Shown: positions 46,080 through 59,380, counted from the first letter of the whole stretch. The stretch is 63,062 bases of DNA, filler included, from Asterionella formosa (GCA_002256025.1; 5 parts of 5 records of this genome joined end to end with filler, not necessarily neighbours in it), one strand, 5' to 3'. The notes: generated from the letters alone by a model not told the origin. Translations and numbers: made by a program.

Positions 46080-48361
46080 CTATTTCCAATGTTGCTTCAA
46101 TATGCAAAGTGCTCTCTTACCTTTTTCATGAACACCAACATTGGAAGGGTGATTTCAAAAAGCAGACTCAATTGCGGCTTCTCCACCAGCATCGGCAATC
46201 GCCAACTTGTTGTACTGATTATTCAAAGCCAAGCTTTCATTCAAATACATGTTCTCAAGTGCTGCACAACCATATTCTTTGACTTTTTCATTTGAGGAAT
46301 GATTGTTCATCGCTGATAGAATCGAAGTGATACCTTTTGCTTCAGCAATCGCCACCTTGTTGTTGTCATTATTCACAGCCAAGTTACAAAGTGCTGCACA
46401 ACCATATTCTTGGACTTTTTCATTGGGAGAATGAGTCACCATTCCATTCAGAATTGTAGTGATACCTCCCTCTGCAGCAAATGTCTTCTTGTAGTTGTCA
46501 TCCAAAGCCAAGCTCCAAAGTGCTCCACAACCATGCACTTGCACCTTAGCATTGGAAGCATGAGTCTTCATTCCGTTCAGAATTGTATTTATACCTCCCT
46601 CTGCAGCAATCATATTCTTGTTATTGTCATTCAAGGCCAAGTTCCAAAGTGCTCCACAACCGTTCATTTGCACCTTAGCATCGGAGGAATGAGTCTTCAT
46701 TCCTTTCAGAATTGTAGTGATACCTCCCTCTGCAGCAATTGTCTTGTTGTTGTTATCATTCAAAGCCAAGCTCCAAAGTGCTGCACAACCATATTCTTGG
46801 ACTTTTTCATTGGAGGAATGAGCCTTCATTTCATACAGAATTGTAGTGATACCTTTCTCTGCAGCAATCTTCATCCTGTTGTTTTCATTCAAAGCCAAGT
46901 TCCAAAGTGCTGCACAACCATAGTGTTGCACCTTAGCAATGGAGGAATGAGTCTTCATTGCATACAGAATCCTAGGGATACCTCCTTCTTCAGCAATTGT
47001 CTCCTTGTAGTTGTCATTCACAGCCAAGTTACAAAGTGCTTCACAACCATAGTGTTGTACCCTAGTATTGGAGGAATGAGTCTCCATCGCACTCAGGATT
47101 GTAGTGATACCTCCTTCTTCAGCAATCCTCACCTTGCAAGCTGGAAGAGACCTTCTTCTTGAATGTCAGCATTCTCATTATTTCTTTTCATCTTTGAAAG
47201 AATTGCATTAATCAGAGAATCAATCAAAGTGGCAGTCTTTGGCTCAACTTGCACAGCATGCTGATGGTGGGCAGGGGTGTAAACAGATGGAACTTTGGTA
47301 GAGAGATATGAAGCATGGTTCAAGTGTTTGACAAAATTTTCCAATTCTGTTCCTGTTTTCCTCTTGTTTGAAACAAGTTTTTGAATATCATTGATTAATT
47401 TATCACCAATTGAATTACCATTGAGAACAAGTTTAGTCAAGAAAATATGAGCCTTGAGAGCCTCTGCAATTGTCTTGGCACCCTCATCACCAATTGCATT
47501 ATGTCCAAGATCAAGTGTAGTCAAGAAATTATTATCCTTGAGAGCCTCTGCAATTGTCTTGGCACCCTCATCACCAATTGCATTATGTCCAAGATTAAGT
47601 GTAGTCAAGACTTTATTGACCTTGAGGACCTTTGCAATGGCCTCTGTGCCATTAACACCAATTGAATTACCATTGAGATGAAGTTTAGTCAAGAAAGTAT
47701 TGACCTTGAGGGCATCTGCAATGGACTTGGCTCCACCAAAACCAATTGCATTATGTCCAAGATCAAGTGTAGTCAAGACTTTATTGACCTTGAGGGCATT
47801 TGCAATGGCCTTTGCACAATCAACACCAATTGAATTATCTTTGAGATCAAGTGTAGTCAACTTTTCATTGAACTTGAGGGCCTCTGCAATGGTCTTTGCA
47901 CCTTCAACACCAATTGAATTATGATTGAGACCAAGTGTAGTCAAGACAGTATTGAGCTTGATTGCCTCTGCAATGGCCCTGGCACCATCAACACCAATGG
48001 AATTATTGTCGAGATCAAGTTTAGTCAATTTTTCATTGACCTTGAGAGCCTTTGCAATGGTCTTGGCACCCTCATTACCAATTATATTAACATCAAGATT
48101 AAGTGCAGTTAAGACTTTATTGACCTTGAGGGCATCTGCAATGGCCTTGGCGCCTTCAATACCAATTGAGTTATTACGGAGATTAAGTGTAGCCAATACT
48201 TTATTGACCTCGAGAGCCTTTGCAATGGCATTTGCGCCATGAACACCAATTGAACTACCGTTGAGATTAAGTGTAGTCAAACTTGGATCATTTTCTTTCA
48301 ATCGTGTGACAATTTTTTCCAATTCCGTTTCTGTTTTCTTTTGACGAAATAATCGAAGCAT
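46080..48361 (-). pseudogene. LRR (RNI/NLRC3-like, 28-aa) plus Armadillo-repeat protein, frameshifted
   Basis: About 11 LRRs (LTTLDLGHNAIGDEGAKTIAEALK), then ~42-aa ARM repeats (VQEYGCAALWSLALNDNN..IAAEGGITTIL). Frameshift near 47130-47150. In-frame TGA at 46155-46157 is followed by ARM-like NHPSNVGVHEKGKRALCIL up to the stop at 46080. Confidence 0.85.
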
Positions 48362-48654
48362 TGATGTCAGTGCCGTCTTGAATGTAATTGAAGTTGTCTT
48401 TTGTTTATTCGAGCGACTTCATGTTTAGATCGAGTTCGAGAGAAAAGTGTTTTTGTTTAAACTCCTTTTCTCGTCGTGGTCGTGATTGAAAAGTAATTCT
48501 CGAGTCCTTCTGCCAAAATAGTTTCTCTAGCACTTGTCGTAGAATTCTACGTAACAGATACAACTTATTCCTCATATTCCCGGAAATTTTGTCCATCCTC
48601 ACAAGTGAGTGTAGCTATTACAGATGGAGCACTTGACACGTACAAATAGAATTA

Positions 48655-49308
48655 TTCTTCCGGTATGTCGAGTACGGAAACGTGTAGTAGGAGTGAATAC
48701 TTGAAGGATATTGTTGTCCACCTTTTCCTATATAGTACACGGATCAATATTATTATTAGTTGCCATGTGTTGCTCGGAATTTGAATGCCCCTCTCGCAGG
48801 TGACAGATAGGGCGATCATGCATCATGCAACACCGATCACCATCATCAATGATGGTTGCACCGGATGAAAATCTAAAACTACTAAGTAACATCATGGATG
48901 AACATCATGGATGAGGCCAATATTCGAGCAACAATTGCTAGTAAATTAGTGGCTATTGGAATGATGAACGGGAATGCCACTGTATTTCTTCCGGTATGTC
49001 GAGTACGGAAACGTGTAGTAGGAGTGAATACTTGAAGGATATTGTTGTCCACCTTTTCCTATAGTACTCGGATCAATATTATTATTAGTTGCCATGTGTT
49101 GCTCGGAATTTGAATGCCCCTCTCGCAGGTGACAGATAGGGCGATCATGCATCGTCATGCAACACCCATCACCATCATCAATGATGGTTGCACCGTATGA
49201 AAATCTAAAACTACTAAGTAACATCATGGATGGTGAGGCCAATAGTCGAGCAACAATTGCTAGTAAATTAGTGGCTATTGGAATGATGAACGGGAATGCC
49301 ACTGTATT
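48655..49308. repeat. Tandem duplication, ~331-bp period
   Basis: ttcttccggtatgtcgagtacgg...gggaatgccactgtatt occurs at 48655 and 48986, nearly identical. Confidence 0.95.
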
Positions 49309-49954
49309 AATGGAGCATCTATGTTTCATCCCTCATTCTAGTCAGTTAGTAAGGCTGATGGATAGGCATATTGTTAGATTGTTGTTTGTAAAATCCATTT
49401 TTGATCCCACAGCGAGAGTTCGCCTTGCCTCTGTCAAGGTCTCATCAGTATCCAGCGGATTCTCAATTCACAAATGTAACATTTACCTTGTTTAGCCCAA
49501 CAATGTTGAGTGTATGTCAAGGACGATTGTCGAACTACAGCGACAGAGGAATGAACACAAGGGTCATGACGAAACAACAAACAACATTGAGCCAAGCGTG
49601 ATCAGTTAAACATACAAGCCAGAAAGAAGTAACTTATTCCACGGTTCACGGCTTGCCGATCATTTTCATCGTTTCTACTTAAGATAAAACATATTTCATC
49701 ACAGATTTGTCAAATCACATAGGATTTTACTATTGCCTACTTTTTCAACAATGACGTATGCAATTCGAGTTCTCAGAGCAGCCGATTTAGAGCATCTCCA
49801 CCGCATAGACCAAATAGCAAGCCAATTGCAGTTGGGGGTCATTACACGTCATGATGAGTTGTATTGGTCAAATAAGCAAAATTATTTTAGCCACCGCATC
49901 GACCAACCAAACATGCTTTGGTCTTGTTTGAGGATGACCCCCTTATATCAGGTA

Positions 49955-51387
49955 CCGTAAAACCTGGTGTCTCGTACCCCTCAATGTACACAGCCACGAC
50001 TGATTTTACTTAGAGGGGGTACAAGACATAGAAGCTTTTTTGATTGTCAAACTTTATGAAAAAACCAACTTCACCACCGTTTTCTCCACAGTCAAAAACA
50101 TAAATAGCAATATTAAAAGATATATATTGTTTTAGGTTCAATCGGCTTCTAGGATCAATTGAATTTCTATTTTTGGAGCACTGGCACGCCCGAATTTCGT
50201 CATGACTTCAACAGAAATTTCTTGAGTGTATACAATTTGTACATGATTCTAAATTGAGGTTAGCCAACCAAATCATTTTCTATGGAATCATCAGCATGAC
50301 AACGAAAAAATATCTCTGCATCAGGCAAAAGAAAAATATTGTTGCGGAAGCATACAGGAAGCCCAACAATATCAAGGCAACCGCCAGAGCATATTTGGTT
50401 CAGCCAAAGCAGATCCGGAGCTGGAAGTCCATGCTGGATGGTGCAATGGTTGTGGTTCCGGTGGAGGTAGCGGAGATTCCTCTGCAGGAAGAAGGTTTGA
50501 TTCAGAGGCAGGTGTTGATGAAAAAAATCGCTCACCCGGGCCGCTCTCCAAAAAGTGCTGCTGATTTTGAAGCATTGAAGACTCTTTTCGACCAGTTGCG
50601 GCTTCAAGATATGGCCTGCACCACCAGGAAGCTCGGTGTTGAGCTTAAGAAGCACCAACCTGGGAACGAAAATGTGTTGCACTTGAAAAACGGATCAAGC
50701 GCTGGCTTGCCCATAAGGACATTGTCATTAGGCGTGTGAGGACTCGTGTCGACCAAAATACAAGGCTGGACCAGGGGACAATTCAATATTTTGTTTCCTA
50801 CGTCAACAATCAAATTGCTGCGTTCGAATTTCCTGCTGGAAACATTGCCAATATTGATGAGACAAACATCGATTTTGACATGTTTGGATCAAAGGCTTTG
50901 GCAACCCAAAGCGAAAGGACCATTGGGCTTCGAACAACAGGAAATTCGAACCGTTGCACTGTGTTGTTAAAAGTGACAATGAGTGGTGAGAAGTTGCCAC
51001 CATTCATTGTATTTACAGGAACAAGGGCTAGACGTATTGCCAGGCAATTGGGATTACTAGACAACAATCAACAACTTTTTCCGGTTGGTATTAAATACGC
51101 TTGTCAACCCAAAGCTTGGGTTGATACAGACATATTTTTACAATGGATCGAAAAAGTTAGGCAACCATTTGCGTTTGGAAAAGGCGGTGAGCCTACTCAC
51201 CTTCTTATGGATGATTTTACTGTCCACAAGGTAGGACGTTGTGTTGATGCAATCAAAAATTGCGGCACTGAGGTTGATTTCGTCCTCCCAGGCTACACAT
51301 CCTCTAGACTTCAAGTGTTGGATGTTCGCCAGATGTACAAAGGGGGGTACAGGTATCTGGGGGGATACGAGACACCAGGTTTTACGG
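49955..51387 (+). mobile_element. Pogo-like (Tc1/mariner superfamily) transposon with frameshifted, 3'-truncated transposase
   Basis: 22-bp perfect TIR CCGTAAAACCTGGTGTCTCGTA with TA flanks; N-terminal HTH region, NIDETNIDFDM, LLMDDFTVHK and LQVLDV motifs. Confidence 0.93.
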
Positions 51388-51739
51388 TATTTGGTTGATT
51401 AGACTCCGACCTAAACCAATTAAAAGAAGCATTTCTATTGGTTTAGATTGTGGCTTGCGCTGGCAACCTAACGTTTATGGTTTTATGAGTGCATAAACAG
51501 TTGCAAAAATTTTTCGGTACAATCTCATGTAGACTAGTGAAAATACAACCATGTCATCAGCGTGTGTGTTTGGTGTCGACTCATAAATATACGTATAATT
51601 TATTCAACCTTGTTAGTATGGGTTCAGGTGTTATGTGGGAGAAAGAAGAGGATGCGTCTGTGAATATATTTTCCATTAGATCTAACGTTTTACTCAGCAT
51701 ACGTTAAAAAACTGATTGATAATTCAATTATTTTGACAT

Positions 51740-52085
51740 GTTGATGATAATTTTGATATATCAACGGCCATGTCTGTATTATCAATCAAATTTATACCTT
51801 AGGTTACTAGCATCCACATGTTAGGTTATGCATATATAAGAAGTCGTATATGTTAGTTACCAAATCTAATCGGTTAACCAAAATTGTTGATATATTGATC
51901 AAATGTTTTGTAATGTTGATGATAATTTTGATATATTAATGACCGTTTCGGTGTGGTCAATCAAATTTGTTTGTCAGATTATTTGCTTACACACATCAGG
52001 TTACGCATAGATAGAAGTCATATATATTAGTTATCAAAACTAATATGCTAACCGAATGTTTTGATATATTGATACATTGTTTGAT
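51740..52085. repeat. Subterminal tandem repeat, ~175-bp period
   Basis: gttgatgataattttgatatat...agaagtc(g/a)tatat..tagtta occurs twice. Confidence 0.75.
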
Positions 52086-54429
52086 TGATCAATAGCTGTT
52101 GCTCTTTGATCAATTATTGTTTTAGCGAAGGTTATGGCTGACTTTACACAGATCACCTTACATGTATGTAAACCTTGTACCCTGCGATGCTATCAGAATG
52201 AATTCTGTGCAACAACGATGCGTTCCTTGTTGCCATTCCGATTTGAATGCTCTACCGGTAAATGCTTTGATCCAATTCTTGTACCGGTAGTATTCGTCAT
52301 TATCTATCCATTCGCATATCAGTAATCGAATTTCTTACAAGCCATGTGCGTTCGTTGAATCCCTTATGAGCTACCTTCTTGCGGGGACGACGATAATCTC
52401 AGCCTTATAAAGAATGATATGGTCTCGATATTGACAGAGAATTATGCTGGCGAAGTTTGATTGTTTGTTAGTTACTCGAAATCAAAAGCTTTGGTCAATT
52501 TATACGACAGAATTGGAGAATGATGCATTGAAGGCCATACCCAATTCCAATTCCAACCGAAATCAAGAAGATAGTACCTTTTGATCATAATTCGCCAATT
52601 GCGAACATCGATCCGTCTTTCGAATCTGTTCTTCAAGCAAGATGAGATGTGGATCAAATTGAAGATGGACCAGATGGCGGCGTAGTTTGTTGCTCATGGC
52701 CTGAATCATGGGTCTTCCATTCTCATTGACTAGCTATTGGCGAGCACGTTTGTATGCTGCAGGATTATAGCCGCAACATCACTAATCAGGAAGTAGCTTC
52801 ATTTCATTCAGGAAATAGTAGCATCACATGAACCTTGAATAGCAGGCAGGGGGTTTGAAATAACAATCGTAACTTTGCTTAATAACATTGTACTATCCCA
52901 TTGTTTTAAGAAATCTCTCTATCGGCAACATCAGAGGCAATATATAGGACAGCCTAACCCCATTGCCACAAATAGCTATACTTTCAACAAAGTGACCACT
53001 TTATATATATAGCTTAAATACTATACGTAGTGTAGCTTGTCCCACACATATGTTCTTGCCACTCCGAAGAAGTGTAAAATATTTATGAGGGTACCAGAAC
53101 CATTCTTATTCAATCAATAGCTGATCCCAATGTCGTACAGCAACAATGGTTGTCGAAATGAGTTCAATGATGTTGATAAACTCCTCCGTTATTGGGGCGT
53201 TTCAAATGATCCATGTATTTTTACTAATATTGCTGGTGCTGGTATTGATACAGAAGAAAAGAGGAAAAACTGCTTCTGTGCACCATTACAGCCACATTTG
53301 AGAAGCATCGCCAAAAATGGGAAACTTTTTTCCTGACGAGCCGATGGAATTCGTCATACCTGTCATTCCAAAAAAAGATCACCAACGTCGTGTATTCTCC
53401 GTTTATGCATTGACACAGGCAAATGAAAACGAAATAGTTGAGGCCAGTTCATCTTATCCCAATACCATTCCAAGAAGTAAAGATTTTGTTGCTTGTATGC
53501 CCATGGTAGATCTTGTTTCTACTTCCTCAGAGCGTCTAATTGAGTCTATCAAATCTGATAGACTTGATATAAAATCTCCCCCTACCAAAGCAAAAGCAAA
53601 ATGTAAATTAAGGGCAACTCCAGACATGATTGCCAATCCGGAAGGAGCAGTCCATGACTTGTCACCAATGAGTTCCGAAATTGTAGGAGTGATTGGAAAG
53701 TAAATAAAGAACAGCCAGGTCGAGGAGGAAAGTGATTTGTCCCATTTATCCAGTAAGGAGTTGAAAATATTGAAACAGGAAATGGTTGCCAGTCTAAATG
53801 TAGTACATGGGTGCATTTGGTCGCATATTGTTGTCTTTCTGATGTAGTCTAAAATCTAGAGGAAAGTGAATTTTCCATAAAGCCATCACAGGTTCTTTAT
53901 GATTCCGAAATTTCCTTAAAGTTTCAAATGATGTTTTGTTAAACAAGCCAGACTCTAGGACCACATAGAATTTGATGAGAAAAAATCCAGGACACTGTCA
54001 TCTAGTCTCTTCTCCTTGCCTTTGTCATCATGATCAAAGTATCTAACCAGTAAGAGTCGTTCCTTACTCTTCCGTTGTCTCTTGAACAGACATGAAATGA
54101 TACGCCATAGAAACACGTTTTTCCTGATTGAAAAATCTGCGATCAGTATCCCCTTCACAACCAAGATCGTTCCATTCCTTGTAGCACTCAGAACATTTGC
54201 CATTCCAGATAACAAGTGATAAATGGCACTATGGATAGCGTGCAAATGTCAAGTTGTCGTGAAAAACGTAACTGTAACAGAAAAAGGAAGCAGAAAGGGA
54301 TAATGGTCTGTCAACTATAGGATTAGACAGTGGGCAAGTGCTGGATCGGAAGCAATGCAGCACCGACATACTCAGTAATAGACATTAGATTGGTAGCGCA
54401 AGGCTACAGTTTCATAGTTCCAGCTTAGA

Positions 54430-54645
54430 GTAATAGGTACAGTTTCACTGTAGCCATGTCATGTTCCGACCGGGTATTGAGAATAGGGGAAGAAGAGAAT
54501 GCTGGTAGGGCAAACCTACAGTTTCACAATACCAGTGTGGTAATAGATACGCTTTCACTGTAGCCACGTCATGTTCCGATCGGGTATTGAGACAAAGGGA
54601 AGAAAGGAATGCTGGTAGGGCAAACCTACAGTTTTACAATACCAG
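54430..54645. repeat. 110-bp tandem duplication
   Basis: gtaatag...gaatgctggtagggcaaacctacagttt(c/t)acaataccag at 54430 and 54540. Confidence 0.9.
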
Positions 54646-56387
54646 CGTATGTTCGAATTCCTGCTAAGTCTTGTATTTTTAATCTAATCATACATACTGG
54701 TAGGGTATTAAATGTTCCTTCGAAAAATTTACTAGACATCCAGAGATGTATGTTATACACATTTTTTGAAGAAGAGGAAATGTTGAGATATTGTTGAAAA
54801 ATTCATACCGGTAATGCGTTCTATTCCACATAACAAACTGATGAGGGAATGGTGATAGAGAGCCTTCTACCGGTATCAAACCAACCGGTGAGAAGAGGTA
54901 AGTTATATGATTGTTTTGCTTCTCAACTGTGGCTACCAAGGGGCTTATGATCAGTACCGTGTGAGACCGGAAGCAAACTATAAAAATTGTATCGCTGTTC
55001 ATGTGCGCTGCTACCACTCAAAGTTTCTACACTTCCTCAGGACGAACGATAAAAATCAACCTAATTACGAGGTAAGAAACCGCGCTTAATATGTTTGTGC
55101 ACAACGCTGCAGAGGCTTTGTAGTGTCTGTGTCCATTAATTAGGATTTCGACATTAATAACATCTTTTCCTTCCATATATGCAGATGTGAGGGTTAACAA
55201 CGCTAACCTGTCACCCATCAATCAACAGTGAGAGCATAGGTAAGTTACTATACTCTCATTTGATGCTCGTTATGTCGATAAGTACGACGTGAAGTTACTA
55301 TAAAGATTGTTTATGTCGTAAATGTGTGGCTGGAGATGCTTTAATCGTTGCAACACTTTTGTTAACATTGATATTATCTCCTCAAAACCATACAGGAACC
55401 TTGGAGAATGTGGCTTGCTACTTTTCTTAATGGAAGCAACCATCAACCAGGAGAGCACAGGTAAGTTATATGCACATTGCCTGCTCATACGGAAATTGGA
55501 GTGATGGATTGTTCACGTGATCGTTTCTTTGCACATATCTTCGTTTAGATGGCTGCCTTGCTTACTTGATACAACAGTTTTGCTAACATGGTAGAGGTTC
55601 GAATGAAGCATCATCAATTTCGTTTACGCTCTCATTTCATTTCGAAAAGGCAATGATCTGAACATAGCTACCGGAAGTGAAAATTAAGGTATTAAAGACC
55701 ACTGTGTGCTCATTCTGATAGAGGATGCACAGTGGAAAGTATGGGTGACCAGAAGCAGAATATTTGAGTATTAAATAGCAATCCATTTAATTCGATTTGT
55801 GTTCATCGTTGATCAAATATGATAATAGGTTTGATCAATGAGAGAAATAAGTTAGATCAGTAGTAATGAACGTTAGATCAAAAGCTAAAAATTCTATTTG
55901 ATATTAGCATTCCAAAGGTGAGACCGTATGAATAACTGGTTTGATCTCACGATTACTATCTTTAGATCGAACACCAAAACGTTAGTTGATAATAAGAGTG
56001 AGAGTGCTGTATTGATCATAAGCATATCGTATGATCTATTGATTTGAAACTCATTGATATATATACGATGAGTGTATACTAAATGTGCTTCGTTTTTAAT
56101 GTTACAAATGCAATCGATTAGAAATTACATAATATGCATATGATCTATGCTAATCATATGTAAGATCAATGCTATGATTTTAATCAATCAATCAATTTTG
56201 TGTGTGATCAATCTGTATTTCTGTATGATCAATCAGTTTTTTTGTATGATAAATCAAAAAATGGTACATCCTACTGAGAATTTTTTGGGCAGAGGGTCTT
56301 ACAGCAAAACCTTTAGACCTAACGGTTTTTTATTTACAGACGTGAGGCCGCGCTTGCTCGGTCGTGGGTTGCAGCCAGTGAAGACTC

Positions 56388-57386
56388 AGTCTGCAAAAAA
56401 ACTATCATATTTCCATGATGCATCATAGGGTTGTGATCATCTGATCATAATTTTTCGTTATATCATCTAATAATTTTGATAAGTGCCCTTGTAATTTAAA
56501 TAGTAACCCTTTTGACTACATATATTTAAAATTTATTTGTATTGTTTCTATTAGATTCCTGTATTCCAATTTCTTGGTAGGATAATGTATCAGCTAAAGT
56601 AATGTAATTCGGCTTGTCATTTCCATCCGTCATCACTCTGATTTTTGCAACAATAACGAAATACTAGCGATGACAAGTGGAATGATTGTTTACGATAATG
56701 ACGTCTTCAATTGTTGGTCAAGTGATCATTATATTTTTGAGTAATTGTCATGCGCAGTGAACCTTTGTTCATAATCATTCAATTAACAGTTTACAGAGAA
56801 GAAATCATTCGAACTCGTAATAGTTCCGCATACAGCGCACATTGTAAATCCGTTTCGTTGACCACCAGCATTACAATCTCGCCAATCAACCCGTAAACAA
56901 TTACATTCTACCACTTGTTCTCATGGACATTTTAAATTCTCACATGATACTACATCTACTATTGAGATTCAGCATAGAAGGAGATACGAAAATGTGCGTA
57001 ACAGACTACTGTCCACATAGCTATAGTTATAGAATGATTGCTTCTGATTACAAGTGTCCTTCATCATTGCGGTTTGCCGCTGGAAAAATTGGTACCCGTG
57101 GTATCGTCATTCGCTCGTTCGAATGACTGTCCGTTGCCTCAAACCTGATTAGCGTGTGTGTATGTGCTCTGTCGACTTGTGTACATTACAGGAGTGACTT
57201 AGCTACTAAAGTGCGTGTTATAATATCATACTCCGTAGTACAATGCAGAATACTACAAGTCCCAATCATCTCATCATGATTGATAAGATGATAATGTGAT
57301 ATCATGATAGCAGGGTTACATCGATGCATAGTACATCACCAAAGTATGATACGTAATATTGAATAAAGTACATCACATAGCTATGA
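56388..57386. mobile_element. Left end of another CGTCTG-family element, cut by a gap
   Basis: AGTCTGCAAAAAAACTATCAT.. resembles the reverse complement of the 61119 and 1593 termini. Confidence 0.5.
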
Positions 57387-57486
57387 NNNNNNNNNNNNNN
57401 NNNNNNNNNNNNNNNNNNNNNNNNNNNNNNTTAATTAATTAANNNNNNNNNNNNNNNNNNNNNNNNNNNNNNNNNNNNNNNNNNNN
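57387..57486. other. Assembly gap with linker
   Basis: N44-TTAATTAATTAA-N44. Confidence 0.99.
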
Positions 57487-57487
57487 A

Positions 57488-58240
57488 GTTTTCGCACCAA
57501 CCGCACGTGGGAGAACGACACGATACGCTGGTAGTTGGCTCGAGAAAGTGTTTCCTCAATTGAGCAATGGCAATGACGCGCAAGCTGAAGCAGACCGTCG
57601 AAAGAAATTCCCTGAACAATATCCAGCAACCTACGACATGTCGACTGTAGTTGTCCCTTCTGATGGACCTGAAGCCATTTTGGTTCGCCCACTCTTGAAG
57701 CAAACAATGTTGGAAGAGCGAGCATTGCAGCTTGTCTACGACGCAAACAAGCATGGTTGGAATTCAAAGGCATTTCATGAACGAGTCGACGGAAGAGGAG
57801 GAGCAGTTGTCTTGGCGACTGGGATCACCTTCGACGGCCCCATCGTTCTCGGAGGGTACAATGTGAAAGGATGGTCGTCTCTTGGAGGGGCCAGACCTTC
57901 TGTGGCCAGCTTTTTGTTTTATTCAAACAACGGCGGTGCATCCTTCCAGAAGTTAAAGAAGGTGGGAGGTGGAGGACTTGCATGCGCGAGAGACGATCCC
58001 GAGTTTGGAATCGCATTTGGTCCTGACGCACTCGTCATTGGACTTCAACCGGGAAAAGAGAATGTGGCTGTCTCAAAACTTGGTCCTTATTATGAGCGCG
58101 GGCCCGATCAGCTGCCTACTTTATTTGGCTACAAAGGCGGGGCAATTAGATTGGATAGCTTGAAAGTGATGGTAGGTGTATACGACAAAGACGAGGACAT
58201 TCCATATTCGGGAGCAGTCATGGATATGACGTCTGGTTGA
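57488..58240 (+). CDS. TLDc-domain protein, 5' end lost in gap, likely plastid-targeted
   Basis: LVYDANKHGWNSKAFHERVDGRGGAVVL..LGGYN..SFLF..GIAFGPDAL; the frame is open from the gap and starts VFAPTARGRTTR. Confidence 0.85.
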   Translation, partial: VFAPTARGRTTRYAGSWLEKVFPQLSNGNDAQAEADRRKKFPEQYPATYDMSTVVVPSDGPEAILVRPLLKQTMLEERALQLVYDANKHGWNSKAFHERVDGRGGAVVLATGITFDGPIVLGGYNVKGWSSLGGARPSVASFLFYSNNGGASFQKLKKVGGGGLACARDDPEFGIAFGPDALVIGLQPGKENVAVSKLGPYYERGPDQLPTLFGYKGGAIRLDSLKVMVGVYDKDEDIPYSGAVMDMTSG

Positions 58241-58921
58241 GTACTGGTACAATTAGTTGTCGAACTCATATCATTCTTGTCTTTCAACTCGCGATTTTCA
58301 ATCGTATCTTCCATTTTGACTCCTCATTTATATCCTGTCATGAGTTTTCATCAACTGTTCTATACAACCTAGACAAGTCGCTTAAGAGCAATCTTCCTTG
58401 CACTTATCACCATTTTCCACCTTCATTCATCCGAACCGAAATGACCCATTCGCATCAACTAACTATACAAATCCATAATTGTTGCCGAATATCGAAAGTA
58501 GCTCAATGCAGCTGCAATTGACAAAAATTGTCGAAGTACGCACATCTCATGATGCTACCAGGGCCCTTTCCTGGAAACTGCATGAATCTAGACTATTTAC
58601 AGTATCCAAGAGCCAGTCTTCGCAAGCTTGGGTGCCCTGATTGCTGAAGAAATAGGACAACGAAAGAGGGTATTTTTATAAAGGCGTCGTCCAAGGTCTG
58701 GGATGATGTTGCCTCCTCGAAAATCCGGTCAACTTGACAGCTTCAGTGTCTACCAGGCATGATTGTTTTGGCTACTATACAATTCTAGTGATATCCACCA
58801 CGATAAAGCACAATGTTCACGGTTCTTTTTGCCTTTCTTGAATATTTTATCAGCATATCCTGTACAACCTACAAATGATTCTATACTCAGTCAGCCACAC
58901 ATTAGGAGGAATTACAATCGT

Positions 58922-59279
58922 TTATTGACAAAAGGTGAAATCTTTACAATTCTCCTTCCTGTAGATTGAAGCCCAATCTTCTGATAAATCGTACACGCAC
59001 GTCATATCTGGCTCCAGGCTTGGGTGAGTCTCCTTGCACTTGCCAACATCTGGGAAATTAAAAGGCTCTGCATTGAGATTGTTCGCATACCAATCACCCT
59101 GCAAAATTTCTTCGTTCCCTGTTTCATTAAAAGTAGTAGTAACAAACCAACGGGTGCCCGAGAGAAGGACATTGCAAAGAAAACGTTGGCCATCCTTAAG
59201 TTGCAAGTGCTGTATAATATCTCTGGAATGGATCATATCGAACGGTTGGAGAGTTCCATTGAGCCTATGCCAGGGAAAA
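58922..59279 (-). CDS. C-terminal part of a class I SAM-dependent methyltransferase-like protein (5' end in gap)
   Basis: FDMIHSRDIIQHLQLKDGQRFLCNVLLSGTRWFVTTTF..GDWYANNLNAEPFNFP; the frame is open up to the gap. Confidence 0.6.
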
Positions 59280-59280
59280 G

Positions 59281-59380
59281 NNNNNNNNNNNNNNNNNNNN
59301 NNNNNNNNNNNNNNNNNNNNNNNNTTAATTAATTAANNNNNNNNNNNNNNNNNNNNNNNNNNNNNNNNNNNNNNNNNNNN
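59281..59380. other. Assembly gap with linker
   Basis: N44-TTAATTAATTAA-N44. Confidence 0.99.

Larger units (their letters stand above)
51655..56342. mobile_element. ~4.7-kb TIR element, CGTCTG termini, 2-bp TG TSD
   Basis: Left end CGTCTGTGAATATATTTTCCATTAGATCTAAC vs right-end reverse complement CGTCTGTAAATAAAAAACCGTTAGGTCTAAAG; TG on both flanks; GATCA-rich subterminal repeats; decayed internal ORFs. Confidence 0.7.

Noticed and set aside
47125..47160. Intron or programmed frameshift joining LRR and ARM frames
   Set aside because: No room for an intron and no slippery site; a deletion within an ARM repeat or an assembly error is simpler.
46410..48242. Plus-strand repetitive ORFs (e.g. 46410-47162)
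   Set aside because: Antisense shadows of the ARM/LRR repeats.
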